Assembly: GCA_964598025.1 (NCBI GenBank)
Contig: CAZRAU010000001.1
Location: forward strand, 56,201 to 120,200
DNA length: 64,000 bases
Origin: an uncultured bacterium
GTDB taxonomy: Bacteria > Arandabacterota > Arandabacteria > Arandabacterales > Arandabacteraceae
Direction: 5' to 3'
This document shows, one piece after another, positions 35,015 to 43,517 of the stretch (the first letter of the stretch is position 1; each line of letters starts with the position of its first letter). The notes under the pieces are model-generated. The model was not told where the DNA came from. It saw only the letters and a program-made list of their open reading frames with translations, and did no database searches. A program made the position numbers and the translations under genes.

Positions 35015-36784
35015 GTGGGCGGAGCGCCTGTGAAGAGTGAGAGACGACGTCGGGTTACCACGCGGGAGCTTATGGCCGAGCTCCGTCGGAGCGAGGCTCA
35101 GTACAGATCTACGATCGACTCCATGACCGATGCCCTTCACGTTGTGGATCGGGATCTCAGGATCGTTCTCATGAACAGGGCCTTCCTCGATTGGCACGAG
35201 AGGCTCGGTCTCACAGGAGACGCAGTCGGCAAGTTATTGAATGAAGTCTATGATTTCCTCCCCCCAAGTGTGGAAGAAGAGTACCGGAAGGTCTTCAAGG
35301 CCGGCGAGTTGTTGACCACCGAAGAGCTCACGACGATCGGCGACAGAGAGATCACTACCGAAACCAGGAAGATCCCGATCTGTGAAAGAGGGAAGGTTGT
35401 CAAAGTCATAACCATAGTGCGTGATATCACCGAGCGTAAGTGCATGGAGAAGGCCCTGAGGCTGAGTGAGGCGAAATTCAAGACCCTCGCGGAACAGTCC
35501 CCCAACATGATTTTCATGCACCGGATGGGCAAGATCGTATATGTGAACAAGAAGTGCGCGGAGATAATGGGATACACAAGGGAAGAATTCTATGCGCCGG
35601 GATTCGACTTCTTGTGCGTCGCGGCTCCGGAGTCCATCACGGATATAGCGGGCGGGTACTCGGCCTACCTGGAGGGGCGCGGGTATCACTCACATGAGGC
35701 TACGCTTATTACGAAGAGCGGGAGGAGAATCGACTGTATTGTGGCGTGGTCCGCGGTCGACTACGGTGACGGCAAAGCCATGTTGGGGGTTGTGACGGAC
35801 ATCACCGGCCGGAAAGACGCGGAGAGGTCGCTCAGGATCAGTGAAGAGAAATACCGGTCCTTTGTCGAAAACTTCCATGGCATTGCATACCGCGGGGGTT
35901 CGGATGGGGCCCCCATATTCTTCCATGGGGATGTTCGGAGAATAACGGGATATGCCGAGGAGGAATTCCTCCGGGGCATGCCGGCCTGGACGGATATTGT
36001 TCTGCCGGAAGACAGGCAAGAACCCCACGGGGGGCCATTGATGGAAAACCCCAGGGGCGGTGTGCAGCCGGCTGAACGTGAATACAGGATACGAAGAAGA
36101 GACGGTGAGATCCGATGGATCCATCAGTCCTTGCGGCCCGTCCGTGATGAATCGGGTGCGGCTATGTATCTTCAAGGAGCCCTTTACGATGTCACGGCCC
36201 GGAGAGTTGCTGAAGACAAGAGCGCGCGTGAGCGTAGCGCCTTCGGGAGCATTGTGGATGCTGCAACCACGAGCAAAGGGCCGCCCGAGGTATGCGAGAA
36301 GGTTTTGTGCGGATTGATCGCGACTCTGGGTTTCGACTGCGGGGTAGTACGCCTGTATGACCGGGAGACTCGAACGCTCAATCTCGTATGTACACACGGC
36401 TTCACTCCCAGCGAAGTTGACAGGTATCTACATGATCAGCATATCGACGATTCCCGTGGTATCGCCGCCCTTGTAGGGCGGACGCTGAAGGCGGTGTGGG
36501 CGCCGGATGTGTCGCATAGTGAGGAAATGAAAGAATACAGGCACCGGTGCTCGGAGGTGCGTGTGAGGTCCATGATAGGGTGGCCGCTGGTTTCCTCGGA
36601 TCGCACTTTGCTGGGGGTAATGCATCTGATGGGCCGGACCCCGAGAGACATCCCGGAAGAAGACCGCGTCTTTTTCCGGACGGTCGGTGACATGTTCGTG
36701 GTTGTGCTGGAGTGGAAACAAGCAGAGCAATCCATCAAGAGTAGTGAGGCAAGGTACAGGAGCCATTTCGAGAACTCTCCATAG
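35015..36784 (+). CDS. cytoplasmic PAS-PAS-PAS-GAF sensor protein ending inside the N-cap of a further PAS domain (no output domain; possibly truncated)
   Basis: Repeated PAS N-caps (SEAQYRSTIDSMTDAL, SEAKFKTLAEQSPNMIF, SEEKYRSFVENFHGI) and a GAF-like segment are present. The protein ends ...SEARYRSHFENSP and then a stop. It has a GTG start, and the start position is uncertain. Confidence 0.65.
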   Translation: MGGAPVKSERRRRVTTRELMAELRRSEAQYRSTIDSMTDALHVVDRDLRIVLMNRAFLDWHERLGLTGDAVGKLLNEVYDFLPPSVEEEYRKVFKAGELLTTEELTTIGDREITTETRKIPICERGKVVKVITIVRDITERKCMEKALRLSEAKFKTLAEQSPNMIFMHRMGKIVYVNKKCAEIMGYTREEFYAPGFDFLCVAAPESITDIAGGYSAYLEGRGYHSHEATLITKSGRRIDCIVAWSAVDYGDGKAMLGVVTDITGRKDAERSLRISEEKYRSFVENFHGIAYRGGSDGAPIFFHGDVRRITGYAEEEFLRGMPAWTDIVLPEDRQEPHGGPLMENPRGGVQPAEREYRIRRRDGEIRWIHQSLRPVRDESGAAMYLQGALYDVTARRVAEDKSARERSAFGSIVDAATTSKGPPEVCEKVLCGLIATLGFDCGVVRLYDRETRTLNLVCTHGFTPSEVDRYLHDQHIDDSRGIAALVGRTLKAVWAPDVSHSEEMKEYRHRCSEVRVRSMIGWPLVSSDRTLLGVMHLMGRTPRDIPEEDRVFFRTVGDMFVVVLEWKQAEQSIKSSEARYRSHFENSP

Positions 36785-36965
36785 CTTCGTGCAGACGGGA
36801 GAGACCGGCCCGGACTGAGATGGTGGGCCGGCCCCATGTAACCCCAATCCCCACGTACTAGCCAGAGCCACGGAGCCCCCAACTAAGGTGATAGCGTACT
36901 CAATTCCGTCGCTGGAACTAAGTGCGCTGTCACCTTGGTTTACACGCTGATATAAGGCGGAGGGG

Positions 36966-37592
36966 TCAGGACACCAGGGCTCGGCCTGCCGTGAATGTCT
37001 CCTCCATGAGAGCCGGCCTCTCTGCGGCTTCATCGGCTTTGTCGAGGCCCGCGGCCACGATGTCCCCGGCATATTCGAAGCCGATCACATTCGAGAAAGC
37101 CTTGATGATGCTTCGGGTGGGTCTGTACATGTCCGGCTTGTCTTCCGTCGCCCCTACTATGATTGCGAATACCCTGTGCCCGGATCGTCTTTCCGGGCTG
37201 TCGGGGTTGAACTTTCCCAGGATTGCGGAACGCGCCCAGACGGCCTGAAAGCGGTCTATGAAAGCCTTGAGCGACCCCGGAGGCCCCATGAAGTAGACCG
37301 GTGTGGCAATAAGGAGATAGGGGGCATCAAGCACCTTCTCGTAGATGTCATTCATGCCGTCTCTTATCACGCATCTGCCGTCTTTGAAACAGGTGTTCTG
37401 TCCGTCGCACGGGGCGAGACCCAGTTCGGTAGGTATGAGTGTGGTATGGCCACGGCCCTGGCTTGCAGCTCCCCTCAGGAATTCGAAGGCAAGGGTGTCG
37501 CTGTTGCCCCGGCGCCTCGGGCTGCCGAGTATTGCCAGCACTCGGCCGGCATCTCTTCCTTCATGTGTTGTCAATGACTCGGGTCCTTGCAC
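36966..37592 (-). CDS. flavodoxin-fold NAD(P)H-dependent FMN reductase family protein with Cys cluster (iron-sulfur flavoprotein-like)
   Basis: VLAILGSPRRRGNSDTL...LLIATPVYFMGPPGSLKAFIDR is the flavodoxin-like FMN-binding pattern. It also carries CDGQNTCFKDGRC. Confidence 0.7.
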   Translation of the reverse strand: MQGPESLTTHEGRDAGRVLAILGSPRRRGNSDTLAFEFLRGAASQGRGHTTLIPTELGLAPCDGQNTCFKDGRCVIRDGMNDIYEKVLDAPYLLIATPVYFMGPPGSLKAFIDRFQAVWARSAILGKFNPDSPERRSGHRVFAIIVGATEDKPDMYRPTRSIIKAFSNVIGFEYAGDIVAAGLDKADEAAERPALMEETFTAGRALVS

Positions 37593-37658
37593 ATAACTGA
37601 GACAATAGTAGTATATTCAGGATGGTCGGTACACCAAGAGTTTTAGTCAAGGAGGCTT

Positions 37659-39536
37659 GTGATGTCAATCAGACTTCCGCTACTGCTGACGGTAACCCTC
37701 TTTGCCCTGCTGCTTTCACAATCGGCGGGCGGCGCTGAGCCGGCCGATTCGGTCAAGATCCCGGATATCGGGGATTTCATGCAGATAGGATCGGCTGGTT
37801 CTCCCCAGACCAGTGAGGACGGTTCGCTGGTCTTCTTCACGAGCTCTGTGCCGGGAGTCGATCAGGTATTCAAGATCCTACCGTCGGGTTGGCCGTATCA
37901 GATGACCGTGTTTGAGGACGGGATCGACTTCTATAGGGCATCCTACTCCGGCGCAGCGGTTGTTGTGGGCGCGAGTGTAGGCGGGAGCGAGCAGTCCGAC
38001 CTCTACCTCGTGGACTCCGCCTCCGGCGTCTTGACCACACTTAAGGCCGGTGAGGGTATCCGGCATGGAGCGCCTTTATGGAGTCCTGATGAGAAATACG
38101 TGTACTTCAGCAGCAACGAGGCCAACGGTCGGGATTTCTTCATTTACCGGATAGACACGGGTACCGGTGTGGTTGATCTGGTGTGGGAGAAGTCAGGGTG
38201 GAATTCGCCGGATGATATCTCGCAGGACGGGGCCCGGATCGTAACCGGCAGGTGGCTCTCCAACGTGAACAATGATCTCTATCTGGTCAATGTCGAGACC
38301 GGGGAGGAGGCCCTGCTTACCGAGCACGAAGGCGATTATGTCTTCGATCATGCCCAACTCGTGCCCGGCGCGCAGGAGCTCTACTGTGTCAGCAACATGA
38401 ATGATGACGGTATAAGCCGTGTGGCCCGGCTGGACGTCGCGACAGGTGGGCTGGATTTCATACGACCGGAGACACCCTGGGAGACCGAGGAAATGGTCCT
38501 TTCCGAGGACGGCAGACTCCTGGCCTGGGTTGAGAACATCGACGGCTATGGTGTATTACACGGCCTCAACCTAGAAACCGGCGATGAAATGGATCTGAGC
38601 CTTACTTTAGGCATAATCTCAGGTGTCAGGCTCTCTTCCTCAGGGAGCATGGTCTTCACCTTCACAAGCCCTTCGAAGCCGCCGGATGTATGGAAGTATG
38701 ATTTCAGAAGCGGTCGCCTTGAGCAGTTAACGCACTCCACCTATGCGGGTGTGGATCCGGGTCTTTTCGGGGATCCCGAGCTCATCAGGTACAAGAGTTT
38801 CGACGGCCTTGAGATCCCTGCGTTTCTCTATCTGCCTCCGGACTGGGACGGCAGACCGATTCCCTTTGTAATACACGCCCACGGCGGGCCGGAAGGCCAA
38901 TACCGACCGAGCTTCGCAAGACACTTCCATTACCTGGTCCTAAACGGCTTCGGTATTCTTGCTCCCAACGTCAGGGGGAGCTCAGGCTATGGGCGGGAGT
39001 ATGTAGGGCTGGACGATTACAAGAAGCGCAAGGACTCGGTCCGGGACTACTATGAGGCCGCCAGGTGGCTCGTAGACAACGGATACTCCGAGTATGGACG
39101 GATCGGGATCAAGGGGGCGAGCTACGGTGGCTATGTGGCTCTTGCGGCCCTTGTGGATTACCCGGAGGTCTTCGGAGCCGGTATCGACCACATAGGCATC
39201 GCCAACTTCGTGACCTTTCTCCAGAATACTGCGGAGTATCGCAGGGCGATCAGGGAAGCCGAGTATGGGCCGCTCTCCGATGAGGAGTTCTTGAGGGAGA
39301 TATCACCTCTCACACATGCGGAGAACATACGGGCACCGCTGCTCATCGTCCACGGGGAGAACGACCCGCGGGTTCCGGTCGGGGAGGCCCGTCAGATGGC
39401 GGAAGCGGTCCGGTCCCGAGGCGGAGTGGCCGAGACCCTGATATTCCCGGACGAGGGCCACGGGGTCGCAAAACTGGACAACCGCCTGACATACTACCGT
39501 AGGATGGTGGAGTTTCTGGATGAGCATCTCAGGTAG
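37659..39536 (+). CDS. secreted S9-family serine peptidase (beta-propeller + alpha/beta-hydrolase)
   Basis: Signal peptide. The N-terminal region is TolB-like. The C-terminus has the catalytic Ser in GIKGASYGGY plus HGENDPRVP and DEGHG. Confidence 0.85.
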   Translation: MMSIRLPLLLTVTLFALLLSQSAGGAEPADSVKIPDIGDFMQIGSAGSPQTSEDGSLVFFTSSVPGVDQVFKILPSGWPYQMTVFEDGIDFYRASYSGAAVVVGASVGGSEQSDLYLVDSASGVLTTLKAGEGIRHGAPLWSPDEKYVYFSSNEANGRDFFIYRIDTGTGVVDLVWEKSGWNSPDDISQDGARIVTGRWLSNVNNDLYLVNVETGEEALLTEHEGDYVFDHAQLVPGAQELYCVSNMNDDGISRVARLDVATGGLDFIRPETPWETEEMVLSEDGRLLAWVENIDGYGVLHGLNLETGDEMDLSLTLGIISGVRLSSSGSMVFTFTSPSKPPDVWKYDFRSGRLEQLTHSTYAGVDPGLFGDPELIRYKSFDGLEIPAFLYLPPDWDGRPIPFVIHAHGGPEGQYRPSFARHFHYLVLNGFGILAPNVRGSSGYGREYVGLDDYKKRKDSVRDYYEAARWLVDNGYSEYGRIGIKGASYGGYVALAALVDYPEVFGAGIDHIGIANFVTFLQNTAEYRRAIREAEYGPLSDEEFLREISPLTHAENIRAPLLIVHGENDPRVPVGEARQMAEAVRSRGGVAETLIFPDEGHGVAKLDNRLTYYRRMVEFLDEHLR

Positions 39537-39598
39537 GTCCGGGTGGCCCGAAAACGCTCATTTGAGGTGCCGGCGACATGGCGCGCTTCTTGACCTTG

Positions 39599-39626
39599 CA
39601 GCGTTGCCATCCCCGTGGCAACGAAA
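39599..39626. repeat. palindromic ~27-nt element (copy 1) GCGTTGCCATCCCCGTGGCAACG between convergent genes
   Basis: It has an 8-9 bp inverted repeat. A near-identical copy lies at 55619..55646 with about 23 of 27 nt matching. Confidence 0.45.
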
Positions 39627-39654
39627 CGCCGGGGGAGCCCCCGCCGCAGTGTGA

Positions 39655-40023
39655 CTACCAGCCCATGCGCCGAAGATCCCCATCGGTCAGAGAGAAGTGG
39701 TGGCCTATTTCGTGAAGCAGGGTCTTTCTTATGCGCTCATAGATCTCCTCGCGGCTTGAGGAGATGGCCTCGATGTTCTTCTTGTAGATGCTTATCTTGT
39801 CGGGCAGGACCAAGCCGTAACGTGACGTCCGCCGCTTCTGGGGGACGCCCTGGTAAAGGCCCAGAAGCAGCCCTCCTCGCGGCAGTTCTCCCATAACAGC
39901 CCGGGGCGGGTAGTCTTCGATCACCACGTCGACGTTGTCGAGTTTGGATCGGAACTCGTCGGGCAGGCTCTCTATGGCCCGGGTTATCACTTCCTGGAAT
40001 TCTTCGAGATCGAGCTCGAACAT
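39655..40023 (-). CDS. small zincin-like metallopeptidase-family protein (HExxH)
   Basis: 122 aa ending LLHEIGHHFSLTDGDL. Confidence 0.65.
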   Translation of the reverse strand: MFELDLEEFQEVITRAIESLPDEFRSKLDNVDVVIEDYPPRAVMGELPRGGLLLGLYQGVPQKRRTSRYGLVLPDKISIYKKNIEAISSSREEIYERIRKTLLHEIGHHFSLTDGDLRRMGW

Positions 40024-40029
40024 GGATGC

Positions 40030-40671
40030 CTATCTGAGTAGATGGAGCCAGTCGGTCATGAGAAAGTGCAGGCGTCCGAAAAGCAGCGATATACGGGCCA
40101 TGATCGTGTAGCCGAAGGACGCACCGAAGGCGACCATGAGGAAATAAATGCCGACTCTGGAGGTGACACCCAGGAGGCCCTTATGTTCACGGGAGAAGAA
40201 GAAGTAGGTCAAGGTGGTCAATACTCCGACGAGCAGCACGATATAGCCTACCGAAGACCAGAAGTCATACGTATTGAAGAGTGTGCCGGGTGAGAACGGG
40301 GTGAATGTTCCTCTGAGTTGGGGCACCATGTCTCCCTCGACTGCGGCGATGATCTGGAGCCCAAGACTCACCCCAAGCACAAAGGTGAGAGGGAATCTCA
40401 CCAGCCACGATGTACGTTTGGAGACCTGTGTGAACATCATGAAACCCAGGGCAATCGGAATTATGTTCCAGTAGTTACCTTGCCCCAGCGGCTCGAAGAG
40501 ATTGGGATACGCATAGTTCCACCACAGGAACACGGCCCAGTATCCCGCCGAGAGACCCACGAAAATGTACTCGGCGATCTTGTAGAAGGGGTTGTCCTTG
40601 TAGAGGAAGCTGTATATGGCCAGGGTGAGGAATCCCGCAACCCACACCCATGGCCCCGTTGTCATATACAT
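40030..40671 (-). CDS. integral membrane protein, unknown function
   Basis: It is hydrophobic with about 6 TM helices predicted. It is the last of four co-oriented, tightly packed membrane-protein genes. The start is taken at the internal Met (MYMTTGPW). Confidence 0.55.
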   Translation of the reverse strand: MYMTTGPWVWVAGFLTLAIYSFLYKDNPFYKIAEYIFVGLSAGYWAVFLWWNYAYPNLFEPLGQGNYWNIIPIALGFMMFTQVSKRTSWLVRFPLTFVLGVSLGLQIIAAVEGDMVPQLRGTFTPFSPGTLFNTYDFWSSVGYIVLLVGVLTTLTYFFFSREHKGLLGVTSRVGIYFLMVAFGASFGYTIMARISLLFGRLHFLMTDWLHLLR

Positions 40672-40673
40672 CG

Positions 40674-41507
40674 CTAAGCCTTCCTCCGCTTCTCGAGCCA
40701 CAGGATGATGTTGCCAAGGATGACGAAGCCTATTATCAGGAGGTGGGCGATCGACTGGGAATCCATTCCAACCGTGGCGAGGCCCGGTTTCTCCACCAGG
40801 CGCTCATATTCGGCCGACCCCTTCATGCCGCCGATAAGACCCACAAGCTGGCCTGTCTGGAGGTACTGATAGTAGCGGGGGGCGCCTATGGCGGTCTGGG
40901 CGGTAGCCAGGTTGCCGTGGTAGCGCGCATGGTAGTACCAGATCCACTGGTCGCTTCCCGGAACCCCCATCGACATGGTGATCACAAGGCCTATGTCGCT
41001 GGCGTCCTTGACGTCGTTCATCATCGGCAGGTCTGCGACAGGGGTTCCATAGATGTCCTGCCGGCAGACATCGTGTATGTCGCGTCCCAGGTTGACCAGC
41101 ATCACAGCCCCACCGGGCCGATAGCCGAAATTGACATAGTCCACGCCGTACACCTTGGCGTATTCCTGGGCGCCAACCTCCTCCAGTGCTCTTGTCCCGA
41201 GAGGGACGCCGGGCGCCCACAGTCCCAGCACCATCACTCTGAGATTCCTACGGAAACAATGTCTCATTATGGAGATAGTGGCGGGCTGGAGTTCCGGTGA
41301 GCCCGAGGGGTCATAGTCAATGGAAATGAGCACGACAGAGCCTTCCGGGAGCCCCTCGACAACATCATATAGCTGCTTGACCGGAGCGGTCACCTCAATG
41401 GGCAGTCTGAACGGCAGGAAGATCGGCAGGATCACCGCCAAAGCCACCGTGAGAAATATCACGCGGCGATCGAGTTTACTCAGCCTGTCCAGCAGATTCA
41501 CGCGCAC
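40674..41507 (-). CDS. membrane-anchored protein (N- and C-terminal TM, extracytoplasmic domain), unknown function
   Basis: 277 aa with a 2-nt gap to the downstream gene. I could not assign a family. Confidence 0.55.
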   Translation of the reverse strand: MRVNLLDRLSKLDRRVIFLTVALAVILPIFLPFRLPIEVTAPVKQLYDVVEGLPEGSVVLISIDYDPSGSPELQPATISIMRHCFRRNLRVMVLGLWAPGVPLGTRALEEVGAQEYAKVYGVDYVNFGYRPGGAVMLVNLGRDIHDVCRQDIYGTPVADLPMMNDVKDASDIGLVITMSMGVPGSDQWIWYYHARYHGNLATAQTAIGAPRYYQYLQTGQLVGLIGGMKGSAEYERLVEKPGLATVGMDSQSIAHLLIIGFVILGNIILWLEKRRKA

Positions 41508-41511
41508 ACCT

Positions 41512-42135
41512 CTACTGCATATACGAACGCTCTATACCCAGTATCATCCTCAGGGCCATGGAAATAAGGCCCAGGTCTATCCCCAGCCTGATGCCGCGCT
41601 TCGCGGCAGCATTTGGAAACTGCATTATCCATTCGGTCACATCCGGGAAACCCTTCCAGATGAGCGAGCCCACAGGGACTCTGCCCAGCATGATGATCAC
41701 GGCGGCCACCAAGAGCACAGCCGCCTGCTTGTTCCTTGCCCTGAAGGCCCTGAAGGACGCGGACGTGACAAAGAAGGCGAGCAGCGAATACATGGTGGCT
41801 TCAAGCGGAAACTGCACGTTGAAATAGAGATACATGAAGGGCTGCCCCTCATCCATACTGGTGCGGCCCTTGTAGAACCCGGCAAAAAGCATGATCGCAA
41901 GCGATGCAATCATGATGATCGAGTAGGGCCAATCCCGCCGCTTTCCTTTGATCTTCTCCCCATTGACCCGCACGAGGTTAAGCGTACCGAGAAAGATGAA
42001 GAACGTGATGATACCGATGTACCAGTTTCTGAAAGTCTGGTTGAGATCGGCCACGGGCCCGGCGGGGATGAACGCGGTCACAATTGTGAAAAGACCCATC
42101 ACCAGGATAATAAGGAGCGGGATCTGAAGTCTCAT
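41512..42135 (-). CDS. integral membrane protein, unknown function
   Basis: 207 aa, polytopic, with a 4-nt gap to the neighbouring gene. Confidence 0.55.
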   Translation of the reverse strand: MRLQIPLLIILVMGLFTIVTAFIPAGPVADLNQTFRNWYIGIITFFIFLGTLNLVRVNGEKIKGKRRDWPYSIIMIASLAIMLFAGFYKGRTSMDEGQPFMYLYFNVQFPLEATMYSLLAFFVTSASFRAFRARNKQAAVLLVAAVIIMLGRVPVGSLIWKGFPDVTEWIMQFPNAAAKRGIRLGIDLGLISMALRMILGIERSYMQ

Positions 42136-42157
42136 TTGTGTCCTACCTTGGCCATCG

Positions 42158-43321
42158 TCATCCTATCGTGAGAAAACGGTCAACCCAGTCTATCCCCATG
42201 AGCGCAAGCACCACTCCAACGATTATGAGCACTATGAATATAGCCTTGGCGACATCCTGGCCCCTTATGCTTCCGACCTGCACGGGATCGCCCGATAGTG
42301 AGGCGCCGGCGGCGTAGAGTTCCTCTCCGATCAGGGTATAGTCGCAGGCGACCACAAAGAAGGGCAGCTGGTCCACCTCGGCGGTTCCGGCGATCTGAAT
42401 GGCACCCGTTGTGTAACCTGTCTCGGCGAATATCAGGGACTCGGCGTAAAAGGCGCCCAGGTAGAAATTCGCCGCTGGCCGCTCCCTCATCATGATGCCG
42501 TCCACACCGGCCACGTAGCCGAATTGATCGGTGGTGAGATAGTAGATACTCTCTTCGTCGTATTCATCGGGTTTCCCGACCCTGAGGTAGCTCTCCTTGA
42601 CTGTCTCCCGTGCCATGCTCATGGCCATCGGCCAGACACAGGGGATATTGATATCGGTGCCGTAGGAGGCTGTCCTCTCTGCGACCCTGGCGAGGATGTT
42701 CATGCTGGCCACAGTCTGGGGGTCATCCACGTCGAGCCCGCCCATTATGTACAACACGGACTTACCCATCTCCGTAGCTCTGCCTATGGCCTCGTCGATG
42801 GCATCGAATACCGGGAGTCGCCTCAAGAACATTTTGCCGGTCATGCGTTTGGATACGCCGATGAAGATAACCACCAGGAGACATATGAGTATGGTCAGGA
42901 CCAGCACGCTTATCCTGCCCCAATCGAACCACTGCATGCGGCTCATTCCGGGGCCGAAGACCGGCGAGGTAGTCTCCGAGTCGAGTCCCACGGCCGCGAC
43001 CTTGTACCAGTATGGCTTCCCGGTTTCGGTGCCGTCATCCGAATAGGTGGCCGCCCCCGCCGGTACCGCGCCCACCTGCGAGAACTCCCCGTCCGCGGCT
43101 TCGGCGCGCAATATCCTGTACTCGATGACCGAGCCGGGCAGCAGCGATTCGGAAGGAGAGACCTCCCAGGCAATGTCGATGCTCTTGCCGGCATCGTTCG
43201 GAGTATCTTTAAGCGAGGTGATTACCGGGGGTGCTATGGCGTACGTTGCTGCCGATGCGGTGTCCGAAGGCTCGGCTTCCTGACACAGAGCTACCGCCTG
43301 GAAAAGCCAGACCATGAGCAT
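42158..43321 (-). CDS. membrane protein with N-terminal fibronectin-III-like domain, unknown function
   Basis: The ORF-track N-terminus (to 43561) is Arg-rich and overlaps the tkt 3' end, so I rejected it. The start is taken near MLMVWLFQAVAL (43321). An Fn3-like segment is followed by a TM helix and a large domain. Confidence 0.5.
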   Translation of the reverse strand: MLMVWLFQAVALCQEAEPSDTASAATYAIAPPVITSLKDTPNDAGKSIDIAWEVSPSESLLPGSVIEYRILRAEAADGEFSQVGAVPAGAATYSDDGTETGKPYWYKVAAVGLDSETTSPVFGPGMSRMQWFDWGRISVLVLTILICLLVVIFIGVSKRMTGKMFLRRLPVFDAIDEAIGRATEMGKSVLYIMGGLDVDDPQTVASMNILARVAERTASYGTDINIPCVWPMAMSMARETVKESYLRVGKPDEYDEESIYYLTTDQFGYVAGVDGIMMRERPAANFYLGAFYAESLIFAETGYTTGAIQIAGTAEVDQLPFFVVACDYTLIGEELYAAGASLSGDPVQVGSIRGQDVAKAIFIVLIIVGVVLALMGIDWVDRFLTIG

Positions 43322-43517
43322 GCCTACAGCCAGGCACAGCAGCAGGCTTCGGGGCTTGCTCCGGAAGTAGGCTTCCGGGGCCAAACCTCGCCCGGCGCAC
43401 CCAGCACCGTCACCACTCCCGCGGGAACGACCGCCCCTGCAGCACCGGGTCTCCGTGCCCGGGGACCCTTGGTGCGCATTGCGCCCGGGTTGGCTTTGCA
43501 TTGCCTGGACCCTCCGC

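Noticed and set aside
34733-35197. 155-aa N-terminal extension of the GspE-like ORF (ORF track 32765..35197)
   Set aside because: It is Arg/Pro-rich with no domain and overlaps the divergent promoter region. A strong RBS precedes the internal ATG at 34732, which begins the conserved N-domain.
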